This document shows positions 45,056 through 54,200 of a stretch of DNA of 64,000 nt, in pieces (position 1 is the first letter of the stretch; every line of letters starts with the position of its first letter). Below the pieces are notes generated by a model. It was not told the origin of the DNA. It was given only the letters and a program-made list of their open reading frames with translations, and did no database searches. The translations under genes were made by a program, and so were the position numbers. The stretch is from NCBI GenBank assembly GCA_910586825.1, contig CAJUJF010000010.1:5589-69588 (forward strand), written 5' to 3'. The stretch comes from an uncultured Christensenellaceae bacterium. Its GTDB lineage: Bacteria; Bacillota; Clostridia; Christensenellales; Borkfalkiaceae.

Positions 45056-45931
45056 TCAAAAATCGGAAAAAGGATTGTCGTCGGAACCGCCCGATCCGCC
45101 CGCGGCGTTCCCGCCGTCGGCGCCGTTGCCGTTATTTCCGCCGCCGAACTCGGAAAACGGATCGGCGGGATCGCGATAGCCGCCTGCGCCGCTTCCGTAC
45201 ATCTGCTGTTGCCGTCTCTGAATTTCTTCCATACGCCGCCGCATATAGGCGTTATAATCGACGGGCGTGTTGTTCCGCACCGCAAACAGCACGAATCCGC
45301 GGACGGGCAGGAAAGAACACAAGAACGCCATGAGGAAGGGTCCGCGCAGATAATACTTTCTGAAAAACGCCGTGAACATGACGAGGAACAGAAAGAGCAG
45401 GGTTACGCGGGCGAATATGTCGAGAACTTGAAGCACGGTGTTCAACGTGAGAAGCCATGCGTATTCGGGCGCTTTGAGTTTGACAAGGTTCGGTTTGAAT
45501 TCGATATACGACAATTCTTCGCCCGCTTCCACGATATCGTAAAACTCTTCGTTTAAAAACAGGAACGTCGTCACCAAAAGTCCGACCTCGACCAGCACGA
45601 AAAAGACTTCGGCGATCACCGCCCAGATCCCCGGCTGTTTCATCTTCACGCCGAACATATTCGCCTCGCCCGCCAGCTTCCCTGCCAGCACGGTATTGCC
45701 GAACGGAAGAAACCCGATCCACCAATAGGAAATACACTTGGACTTTGCCATGCGCATCAGCCCCAAGCCGCCGAACAGCAAGCCGACGAGGTAGAGCGCG
45801 CCCGCGGACGCGAGACAGATGATCCAGACGAGTTTGAGCTGTTCCACCGCTTCCCCGACGCTGTTCGCCTTCGTCGACTGCAAAAAGGTGAGCACCAACT
45901 GCGGAACGCTGATCCAATCGAAAAACTCCAC
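45056..45931 (-). CDS. Polytopic membrane protein of unknown function with a Gly/Asn-rich C-terminal tail
   Basis: GTG start with GGAGGAG 6 nt upstream. It has ~6 hydrophobic helices. The tail reads YGSGAGGYRDPADPFSEFGGGNNGNGADGGNAAGGSGGSDDNPFSDF. Confidence 0.6.
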   Translation of the reverse strand: MEFFDWISVPQLVLTFLQSTKANSVGEAVEQLKLVWIICLASAGALYLVGLLFGGLGLMRMAKSKCISYWWIGFLPFGNTVLAGKLAGEANMFGVKMKQPGIWAVIAEVFFVLVEVGLLVTTFLFLNEEFYDIVEAGEELSYIEFKPNLVKLKAPEYAWLLTLNTVLQVLDIFARVTLLFLFLVMFTAFFRKYYLRGPFLMAFLCSFLPVRGFVLFAVRNNTPVDYNAYMRRRMEEIQRRQQQMYGSGAGGYRDPADPFSEFGGGNNGNGADGGNAAGGSGGSDDNPFSDF

Positions 45932-46699
45932 TTAAATCTCCTCCGTTCCGAATAACGGAACTTCGTATTCTATATTTTCCATGACAAGCCCGCACGCGGG
46001 CATCGTCTTGGCGAGACAGCCGCGCCTGCCGCTTGTAAACGCCGCCGTGATCCCCTCCCGTTTTCCGCACCCCACGGCGATCAGTTCGCCGGCAATGATG
46101 CGTACCATATTATATAGGAATCCGCTTCCGCATACGGAAATGCGGAACACCTCCGCCGTACCGACCGTTTCGGAATCCACCCGTACCGAATACACCGTGC
46201 GCACGCTCGTCTTGACGGAAGAGCCTGCGGCGCAAAATGCTTTGAAATCGTGTTCGCCTTCGAGAAGCCGCGCCGCTTCGCGCATTGCGGAAAGATCGGG
46301 CTTGCCCGATACGCGCGCGCAGAACCGCCGAAGAAGGGGCTGTTCGGTCTCTGAACAATAAAAGGTATAACAGTACGTCTTCCGTTTTGCCGAGCGCGTG
46401 CAATCGAAGCCCTCAGGCGCCCGTATACTCTTTAATACCCTTAAATCGGGCGGAAGAAACCGATTGAAGCAATCTTTTATCTTTTTTGCGGGAATGTTCG
46501 TCTCCGCGTCGAAATGGCAGACCTGACCGCGCGCATGCACGCCTGCGTCCGTACGCCCGCTTCCGCAGATCTTCGCCCGAACACCGAGCGCTTCTTCCGC
46601 CGCCCGTTCCAGCTCCCCCTGCACCGTACGGCAATCGGGCTGGATCTGGAATCCCGAAAAATCCGTGCCGTCGTAACTGATCAAAAGCGCGAACCTCAT
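45932..46699 (-). CDS. truA: tRNA pseudouridine(38-40) synthase TruA
   Basis: LISYDGTDFSGFQ and the catalytic GRTDAGVHA. It follows ecfT as in other Firmicutes. Confidence 0.95.
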   Translation of the reverse strand: MRFALLISYDGTDFSGFQIQPDCRTVQGELERAAEEALGVRAKICGSGRTDAGVHARGQVCHFDAETNIPAKKIKDCFNRFLPPDLRVLKSIRAPEGFDCTRSAKRKTYCYTFYCSETEQPLLRRFCARVSGKPDLSAMREAARLLEGEHDFKAFCAAGSSVKTSVRTVYSVRVDSETVGTAEVFRISVCGSGFLYNMVRIIAGELIAVGCGKREGITAAFTSGRRGCLAKTMPACGLVMENIEYEVPLFGTEEI

Positions 46700-47508
46700 A
46701 TCGCACCCACCCCGTACACGCGCAACAGGACGACGCCCGTCACAAGCGCCGCGCCGAAGAAAAAGCCCACGAGATCCCGCCAGCCGAACCGCAGTTTTTT
46801 GAACTTCGTGCGTTTTTTTCCGCCCGAATAACAGCGCGCGTCCATCGCGTCGCCGAGTTCTTCCGCGCGCCGAAGCGCGGAGAGCAGCAACGGAATCAGC
46901 ACGGGAACGATCGACTTGATCTTTTTGATCAGCCCGCCCCTTTCGAAATCCGCGCCGCGCGCTTTTTGCGCGTTTTTAATGCGCTCCGTTTCGTCCATGA
47001 GAATGGGAATGAATCTGAGCGCGATGCTCATGATGAGCGCAAGTTCGTGAACGGGAAACCGAATCCATTTCAGCGGCGTGAGCAGACTTTCGATCCCGTC
47101 GGTGAGTTCTACGGGCGCGGTCGTGTACGTGAGCAACGAAGAACAGGTGACGAGCAACACGAGCCGACAGACGAGAAACGCCGAAAATATCAAGCCCTCC
47201 GTCGTCACGGTCAAAAACTTCCAACTCCACAGCACCGTTTCGCCGCGAAAAAAGAACACGTTGATCACCGCGGTGAACAGAACGAGAAAGAGAATCCCGC
47301 GAAGCGCGCGCAACACTTTCAGAAACGGAACGCGTGAAAACGCGATGATCAGAATCATGACGAACGCGCAAGCCGCCAAGCCGTAAAAACTCGTCGCCAG
47401 AAAGATGGCGGTGATAAAGGCGATCAGGAACAGGATTTTCAGCCGCGGGTCCATGCGGTGAATAAAGGAAGTTACGGGATAATATTGCCCGAACGCGACG
47501 TCTTTCAT
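46696..47508 (-). CDS. ecfT: ECF transporter transmembrane component EcfT
   Basis: CbiQ/EcfT family features (HRMDPRLKI, A-R-G-containing coupling helix AQKARGADFERG). It has 4-nt overlaps with both neighbours. Confidence 0.9.
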   Translation of the reverse strand: MKDVAFGQYYPVTSFIHRMDPRLKILFLIAFITAIFLATSFYGLAACAFVMILIIAFSRVPFLKVLRALRGILFLVLFTAVINVFFFRGETVLWSWKFLTVTTEGLIFSAFLVCRLVLLVTCSSLLTYTTAPVELTDGIESLLTPLKWIRFPVHELALIMSIALRFIPILMDETERIKNAQKARGADFERGGLIKKIKSIVPVLIPLLLSALRRAEELGDAMDARCYSGGKKRTKFKKLRFGWRDLVGFFFGAALVTGVVLLRVYGVGAI

Positions 47509-48425
47509 ACCGCGCCCCCCTTTGCTTTCAGCACTTTTCCGACGAAATCCTCCGCCGTAAAATCGCAGTCGATCTCAACGCCTTTCTCTTTGAGGAGCGC
47601 GCAGAGCCGCGCGGTAAGCGGAACGTCCAGTCCGAGCGCCTTCAACTCCTCCCCTTTGCGGAAGAGTTCGCGGGGCGGAAGCGCGTACTTCACCGCGCCG
47701 TCCGAAAAGACCGCCGCCCGCGTACAGTTTTCGCTGATCTCGTCCATGTCGTGCGAAACGATGATCACCGTTTTGCACCACTCGCGGTGGAGGCGGTGCA
47801 ACAGCTCCATGATCTCGCGTTTGCCGAGCGGATCGAGACCCGCCGCAGGCTCGTCGAGAACCAGAACTTCGGGACGGGTCACGATGACGCCCGCAATGGC
47901 GACCCGCCGCTTCTGCCCGCCCGAAAGGTCGAAAGGAGACTTGTCCTTGATTTCTTCGTAATTCAGTCCGACGATCCCGAGTGCGGCGCGCACGGCGGCT
48001 TCTTTCTCCTCCGCCGTGAGTTTTTTATCGGAAAAATTTTTCAAGCCGAACGCAACGTCCTCTTTCACCGTTTCGGCAAAGAGCTGGTATTCGGGATATT
48101 GGAACACCATGCCGACCTTTTTCCGCAGGGCGCGGAAATCCGTTTTCTTCGAAGTGAGATCGAACTCCCCCACGGTCAGCACCGTTTTCGGCGGAACCGG
48201 CTTACCCTTTTTCGGCTTCTTTTCCCGATACCGTTTTAACGAGGAAGGCACCCGCAACAATCCGTTCAGATGCTGTACAAACGTGCTCTTGCCGCTGCCC
48301 GTGTGTCCGATAATGCCGAAAAATTCCCCCTCTTCGATCGTGAGAGAGACGTCTTTCAAAGCCGCCGTCGCAAAGAGGGAACCGGCGTTGTAGGTATAAC
48401 TCAAACGCTCCGCCGTAATACGCAC
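47505..48425 (-). CDS. ecfA2: ECF transporter ATPase EcfA2
   Basis: Walker A GHTGSGKST, signature LSGGQKRRV, Walker B VLVLDEP. It contains an extra basic insert (KRYREKKPKKGKPVPPK) after the Walker A region. Confidence 0.9.
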   Translation of the reverse strand: MRITAERLSYTYNAGSLFATAALKDVSLTIEEGEFFGIIGHTGSGKSTFVQHLNGLLRVPSSLKRYREKKPKKGKPVPPKTVLTVGEFDLTSKKTDFRALRKKVGMVFQYPEYQLFAETVKEDVAFGLKNFSDKKLTAEEKEAAVRAALGIVGLNYEEIKDKSPFDLSGGQKRRVAIAGVIVTRPEVLVLDEPAAGLDPLGKREIMELLHRLHREWCKTVIIVSHDMDEISENCTRAAVFSDGAVKYALPPRELFRKGEELKALGLDVPLTARLCALLKEKGVEIDCDFTAEDFVGKVLKAKGGAV

Positions 48426-49234
48426 CGCGCGATTTCCTCCGCAAGTTTTTCTTCGCTCATCGTATCCTCGATCTCCATTCCGCCCGCGCGCAAACGATTC
48501 GCAATCGCGCCGATCCGCGGAAGATCGAGATTGTAGGTCAACAGTTCTTCCTGCCGCTCGAATATCTCTTCCGGCGCGCCGGACATGACGATCTCGCCGC
48601 GGTTCATCACGATCGCGCGGTCTGCAAGCAACGCTTCTTCCGGAAAATGCGTCACGAGCAGAACGGTGATCTTTTCTTCCCGGTTCAGTCGGAGCACGAC
48701 GTCGATAATCTCTTTTCTGCCGCGCGGATCGAGCATCGCGGTCGATTCGTCGAGGATCATGATTTTCGGTTTCAACGCCAACACGCCCGCGATCGCGACC
48801 CGCTGTTTCTGCCCGCCCGAAAGCCGCGCGACCGTCGCATGGCGGTAATCCTGCATGCCGACCGCGCCCAGCGCAAATTCGATGCGCGCCCCGATCTCTT
48901 CCCGTGGCAGACCGATGTTTTCCGCGCCGAACGCAACGTCGTCCTCCACGTAGGAAGCGACCGTCTGGTTGTCGGGATTCTGAAACACGACCCCTACGTT
49001 TCTGCGGATCTCGAAAAGGTTTTTATTGGTGAGCGGCTTGCCGAACACGCTGATTTCGCCCGCGTCCGCTTCGAGCAAACCGTTCGCGAGACGGGCGAGC
49101 GTGCTTTTTCCGCTGCCGTTATGACCGAGAACGACGACGAATTCCCCTTCCTCGACCGAAAAATTTAGATTTTTAATTGTAAAGGACCCGTCGCCGTACG
49201 AAAACGCGACGCCTTTGAATTCAAGTGCCTGCAT
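48401..49234 (-). CDS. ecfA1: ECF transporter ATPase EcfA1
   Basis: Walker A GHNGSGKST, signature LSGGQKQRV, Walker B IMILDEST. Confidence 0.9.
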   Translation of the reverse strand: MQALEFKGVAFSYGDGSFTIKNLNFSVEEGEFVVVLGHNGSGKSTLARLANGLLEADAGEISVFGKPLTNKNLFEIRRNVGVVFQNPDNQTVASYVEDDVAFGAENIGLPREEIGARIEFALGAVGMQDYRHATVARLSGGQKQRVAIAGVLALKPKIMILDESTAMLDPRGRKEIIDVVLRLNREEKITVLLVTHFPEEALLADRAIVMNRGEIVMSGAPEEIFERQEELLTYNLDLPRIGAIANRLRAGGMEIEDTMSEEKLAEEIARCVLRRSV

Positions 49235-49335
49235 TTTTTCTTTTCTTTATTGGATTCTCACATATTATACCAAAATCACCGCGATTTTACAATGAAAACG
49301 CAGTGAAATCCGAAAAAAGATTTCTTTCCAAACAC

Positions 49336-49364
49336 TTGCAAATCTTTTCCCGCTATGTTATACT
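49336..49364 (+). promoter_or_regulatory. Sigma-A type promoter of the LRR-lipoprotein leader
   Basis: TTGCAA, a 17-nt spacer, then TATACT preceded by TGT (extended -10). Confidence 0.55.
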
Positions 49365-49370
49365 GAACCT

Positions 49371-49525
49371 ACCACACAAAATCGAATATTTTTTTGACGA
49401 AGCGCAATAGTATAAAGGCATTGCGTATCTCTTTTTGCTTTGTCAAAAAATAGATTTTGTGTGGTAACGAATTCGGAGATACCATGCAGTGTGTTTCCAA
49501 ATTCGGGAACACACTTTTTTATTTT
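49371..49525 (+). promoter_or_regulatory. Structured ~155-nt leader RNA (candidate riboswitch, attenuator or sRNA) ending in an intrinsic terminator
   Basis: A 13-bp perfect outer stem ACCACACAAAATC (49371-49383) / GATTTTGTGTGGT (49453-49465) encloses TTTTTTGAC/GTCAAAAAA and CGCAAT/ATTGCG helices. The terminator follows: AGTGTGTTTCC-AAATTC-GGGAACACACT plus TTTTTATTTT (49488-49525). The RBS GGAGG comes directly after it. Confidence 0.4.
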
Positions 49526-49537
49526 ACGGAGGTATTT

Positions 49538-50644
49538 ATGAAAAAGAAACTGCTATTTGCCGCCGGCGCATCATTGTTTGCCGCCCTCGTTCCGCTCACC
49601 GCCTGTAACTTTTGGGGAGGAATAAACAAAAAACCGTCGGGAAAACACGAACATACTTTTTCCGAAACCTGGCAGTATGACGAAACGGAACACTGGCATG
49701 AATCAACTTGCGGACACGACGTGACCGACGGAAAAAATCAACATGATTTTGACAATAGAAATTGTATCGAATGCGGCTATTTATTACCACCGGAAGAAAA
49801 AGAACTTACGATTGACAAATTGCATTTTATCTGGAACACGGAATTATACGGTTATACCGTTAGCGCAAATAAAGAGAAAATACATTCCTTAAAGAAAATC
49901 GAGATTCCTGCTTCCGTCAATCGGTATCCGGTAAAGGGAATTGATGACTTAGCATTCGCAAAATGCAACGAGCTTACAACCGTCACTATTCCCGACAGCG
50001 TAACAGACATTGGAGACGCGGCGTTTGCCTATTGTAAAAATTTGAAGAGCATCACCGTTCCAGACAGTGTCACGAAGTTCGGAGAAGCAGTGTTTGGCTA
50101 TTGCGAAAGCTTGACAAACGTTACGATTCCAAACAACTTAAAAACAATATCATACGGTATGTTTGCCTATTGTTACAGGTTAACAAGTATCAAAATACCC
50201 TATGGCGTAACGAGTATTCAAGGCGGTGCGTTTGGGTTTTGCAAAAATTTGACGAACATTACAATTCCCGACAGCGTGACGGAAATAGAAAGCGGCGTAT
50301 TCATGGGTTGTAGCGGACTTACAAGCATTGCACTTCCTGACAGCGTGACGTATATCGGAAACGATGCATTTTTCGAATGTAGCCGATTGTCAAACATCAT
50401 GATTCCGCACGGAGTTTCATCGATTGAGAGCGACACTTTCACCAACTGCAACGAATTGATAAGCATTTCCATTCCGGTCAGCGTAACCAATATTAAATAT
50501 GCGTTCTCGTCCTGTAACAATTTATCGGAAATACATTTTAACGGAACGATCGCGCAATGGAACGCAATCGAAAAAGCAAACGAATGGGATAGAGACATCA
50601 GAACTTACACCGTTTACTGCACGGACGGACAAATAAACAAATAA
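49538..50644 (+). CDS. BspA-type leucine-rich-repeat surface lipoprotein
   Basis: Lipobox ALVPLTAC and a His/Cys-rich N-terminal segment (HEHTFSETWQYDETEHWHESTCGHD...CIECGY). About nine tandem ~23-aa repeats follow (L-T-x-[IV]-x-I-P-D-S-V-T-x-I-G-x-x-A-F-x-x-C). I chose the ATG at 49538 because GGAGG is upstream. Confidence 0.8.
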   Translation: MKKKLLFAAGASLFAALVPLTACNFWGGINKKPSGKHEHTFSETWQYDETEHWHESTCGHDVTDGKNQHDFDNRNCIECGYLLPPEEKELTIDKLHFIWNTELYGYTVSANKEKIHSLKKIEIPASVNRYPVKGIDDLAFAKCNELTTVTIPDSVTDIGDAAFAYCKNLKSITVPDSVTKFGEAVFGYCESLTNVTIPNNLKTISYGMFAYCYRLTSIKIPYGVTSIQGGAFGFCKNLTNITIPDSVTEIESGVFMGCSGLTSIALPDSVTYIGNDAFFECSRLSNIMIPHGVSSIESDTFTNCNELISISIPVSVTNIKYAFSSCNNLSEIHFNGTIAQWNAIEKANEWDRDIRTYTVYCTDGQINK

Positions 50645-50680
50645 AAAGACGCCGCGACTACCAATCGCGGCGTCTTTTTA
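50644..50680. terminator. Bidirectional intrinsic terminator between convergent genes
   Basis: AAGACGCCGCGA-loop-TCGCGGCGTCTT forms a 12-bp perfect stem, flanked by AAAAA and TTTTT. Confidence 0.7.
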
Positions 50681-50902
50681 TTCGGGCTTTTCTGCCTGTT
50701 CCTTTTGATTCTTTTCTTCCGCTTTGGCTTGCCGGTTTTCTTTCGCGCGAATATTGTGATCCACCCAGCCCAGAACGCAACACACCGTGCCGATCACCGC
50801 GGTGACAATCGATATGTAGACAAAAGCCTCGACAACATTACCGAAAAGAAACAGCCAGATACTGAAAACGTACATCCCAATCCCAAACAAAATTGCAATC
50901 AT
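50678..50902 (-). CDS. Small (74 aa) two-TM membrane protein with a Lys/Glu-rich tail
   Basis: RBS AAAGGAGAA 7 nt upstream of the ATG. There are two hydrophobic helices, then KENRQAKAEEKNQKEQAEKPE. Confidence 0.5.
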   Translation of the reverse strand: MIAILFGIGMYVFSIWLFLFGNVVEAFVYISIVTAVIGTVCCVLGWVDHNIRAKENRQAKAEEKNQKEQAEKPE

Positions 50903-50935
50903 AGATATTCTCCTTTAACATTCTGAATTGATTCC

Positions 50936-50963
50936 AAAAACAAACGCGACAAGACGCGTTTGT
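50936..50963 (-). promoter_or_regulatory. Terminator-like hairpin in the leader of the small membrane-protein gene
   Basis: Minus strand reads ACAAACGCG-TCTTGT-CGCGTTTGT (9-bp perfect stem), followed by TTTTT. It lies ~35 nt upstream of the ATG. Confidence 0.35.
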
Positions 50964-51002
50964 CCGAAAACCGATTTGCTCCGTTGCCCACGTCACGATT
51001 AA

Positions 51003-51030
51003 ATTGTAACATATTATCGCATTTTGTCAA
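51003..51030 (-). promoter_or_regulatory. Candidate promoter of the small membrane-protein gene
   Basis: Minus strand reads TTGACA, a 16-nt spacer, then TACAAT preceded by TGT. Confidence 0.45.
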
Positions 51031-51094
51031 TACTTGGATAAAAAATAATTTCATATTTATTTCGCAAAACGGACAAGTTTTTCTTTCCCCGCTA

Positions 51095-51123
51095 TTGACT
51101 TTGCCGTAAAAAACCTATATAAT
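51095..51123 (+). promoter_or_regulatory. Sigma-A type promoter of the PFOR gene
   Basis: TTGACT, a 17-nt spacer, then TATAAT. It lies ~80 nt upstream of the ATG at 51202. Confidence 0.6.
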
Positions 51124-51201
51124 AGTTTGGGTGCGGACAGGCACGGCTTTTTCCGCGCGCAAAATCAGGTAATATTATTTATTTTATTGGAGGTTTTATT
51201 C

Positions 51202-54200
51202 ATGACTAAGATGACAATAGACGGCAATACCGCCGCCTCGCACGTCGCTTACGCGTTCTCGGAAGTGGCTGCCATCTACCCCATCACCCCCTCGTCCCCC
51301 ATGGCGGAATCCGCCGACGAATGGGCGACCCAAGGCAGAGTGAACATGTGGGGACAAAAACTCCGCATTGCCGAAATGCAATCGGAAGGCGGCGCGGCAG
51401 GCGCGGTACACGGTTCGCTGACCGCGGGCGCGCTCACCACCACTTACACCGCTTCGCAGGGGCTTTTGCTCATGATCCCCAACATGTACAAGATTTCGGG
51501 CGAACTGCTCCCCATGGTCATGCACGTTTCGGCGCGCGCGCTTGCGGCGCATTCGCTGAACATCTTCGGCGACCATGCCGACGTTATGGCTTGCCGTCAG
51601 ACGGGATTCGCGATGATCGCCGGCTGCTCGGTGCAGGAAGTCATGGATCTTGCGCTCGTCGCGCACCTCTCCACGCTACGCTCCCGCGTCCCCTTCATCA
51701 ACTTCTTCGACGGATTCCGTACTTCGCACGAAGTGAGCAAGATCGACGCGATCGATTACGCCGAAATGAAAGCGATCTTCGACAAAAAGGGTCTCGATAA
51801 AGACGTGGCGGCGTTCAAAGCGCGCGCGCTCAATCCCGAACACCCCGTACAGCGCGGCACGGCGCAGAACGGCGACACCTATTTCCAGAACCGCGAAACG
51901 GCGAACAGTTACTACAACGCGACGCCCGCGATCGTGCAGGAGATGATGGACGAAGTTTCCGCCCTTACGGGAAGAAATTATCACCTCTTCGACTACGTGG
52001 GCGATCCCAAAGCGGAAAACGTGATCGTCATTATGGGTTCGGGCGCGGAGACGGTGGAAGAGAGCATCAACAAACTCAATAAACAGGGCAAAAAGTACGG
52101 CTTGATCAAAGTCCGCCTGTACCGCCCGTTCGTGACCGACGCGTTCGTCGCGGCGATCCCCAAGACCTGCAAAAAGATCGCGGTTCTCGACAGAACGAAA
52201 GAACCCGGCTCGCTCGGCGAACCCCTTTACCTCGACGTATGCACCTCCCTGCTCGAAAAGGGCATGAAGAATATCGACGTTGTCGGCGGAAGATACGGTT
52301 TGGGTTCCAAGGAATTCAACCCCTCGATGGTGCTTTCCGTTTACAAGAACCTCGAAGCGAAACAACCCAAGAATCACTTCACCGTCGGTATCTACGAAGA
52401 CGTGACGAACACTTCGCTCGACTTCTCCGAAAAATTCGACGCGGCGCCCGAAGGCTCCACCTCCTGCAAATTCTACGGACTCGGTTCGGACGGTACGGTC
52501 GGCGCGAACAAGAACTCCATCAAGATTATCGGCGACCACACCGACATGTACGCGCAGGCGTATTTCTTCTACGACAGCAAGAAGTCGGGCGGCATCACCG
52601 TCTCCCACCTCCGCTTCGGAAAAACGCCCATTCAGAGCGAATATCTGATCGACTCGGCGGACTTCATCGCCTGCCATAATCCCTCGTACATCATCCGTTA
52701 CGATATGACGAGCGATCTGAAAGAGGGCGGCGCGTTCCTGCTCAACGCTCCCTGGACGACGGTGGAAGAACTCGAAAAGAACCTTCCCGCGAAAGTCAAG
52801 AACGCGCTCGCGAAAAAGCACGCGAAACTCTACGTGATCGACGCGATCGAGATCGCCGCGAAACTGGGTCTGCGCGGCAGAACGAACACCATTCTGCAAT
52901 CGGCGTTCTTCCTGATCAACGAACAGATCATGCCCTACGCGACGGCGGTCGAGCTCATGAAGAAGATGGCGTACAAGTCCTTCGCGAGAAAAGGCGACGC
53001 AATCGTACAGATGAACTACAACGCGATCGATTCCGCGAAAGAGAATCTCGTGAAGATCGAAATCCCCGCTTCCTGGGAAAAGACGACCGAAGGCGCGGAC
53101 ATGATCTCCCAGCCCGGCAACGACTACTTCCGGAACGTGGTTTCTCCCATTCTCGCGCTCGAAGGCGACAAGCTCCCCTCCTCCGCGTTCGAAGCGGACG
53201 GCACCGTTCCGACCGGCACGACCAAGTACGAAAAACGCGGCGTCGCCGTTATGGTTCCCAAGTGGGTCAAAGAAAACTGCATTCAGTGCAACTTCTGTTC
53301 CTTCGTATGCCCGCACGCGTGCATCCGTCCCGCGCTCGTCGCAAACGGAAGCGACAAACCCGCGGACTTCGATACCAAGCCCGCTACGGGAATCCCCGGA
53401 TATGAGTTCCGCATGCAGGTGTCCCCGCTCGACTGTATGGGTTGCGGCGTTTGCGCGGAAGTCTGCCCCGGCATGAAGGGAAACAAGGCGTTGGTCATGA
53501 CGCCGTTTGCCGAACTCGAAGTAAAAGAAGCGAAGAATTGGGAATACGCGGTAGAACTTCCCGAAGCCGACCTTTCGAACGCGAAAATGGCGGACGTGAA
53601 GAAGTCGCAGTTCACCCCTTCCCTCTTCGAATTCTCCGGCGCGTGCGCGGGCTGCGGAGAAACCCCTTACGTAAAGGTCGTCACCCAGCTGTTTGGCGAT
53701 CGGATGATCGTTGCGAATGCGACGGGCTGCTCCTCCATCTACGGCGGCTCCTCCCCCACCTGCCCTTACACGACCAACAAGCAAGGTCACGGACCCGCAT
53801 GGGCAAACTCGCTGTTCGAAGACAACGCGGAATTCGGATACGGCATGAATCTTGCTTATAAGGCGAGAAGAAGCGCATTGAAAGAGAAAGTCGAGAAACT
53901 TGCAGGACTGTGGAGCGGCTGGGCAGAAGGCAAAGCGGCTTGCGAGAGATGGATCGCAAATATGGACGACGCGGAAGGAAGCAAAACCGCGGCTGCCGAA
54001 CTTGTAAAACGCATTGAGGAGTGCAAGGACTGCGGCTGCGAATGCGACGCGCTTGAAAAAGAAATCTATACCGATAAAGACTGCCTCGTGAAGAAATCCT
54101 TCTGGATTATCGGCGGCGACGGCTGGGCTTACGACATCGGTTACGGCGGACTCGATCACGTGCTCGCTTCCGGCGAAGACGTGAACGTACTCGTACTCGA

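Noticed and set aside
49457-49537. N-terminal extension of the LRR ORF (MCGNEFGDTMQCVSKFGNTLFYFTEVF).
   Set aside because: It runs through the leader terminator hairpin. The lipoprotein signal peptide starts at the ATG at 49538, which has a GGAGG RBS.
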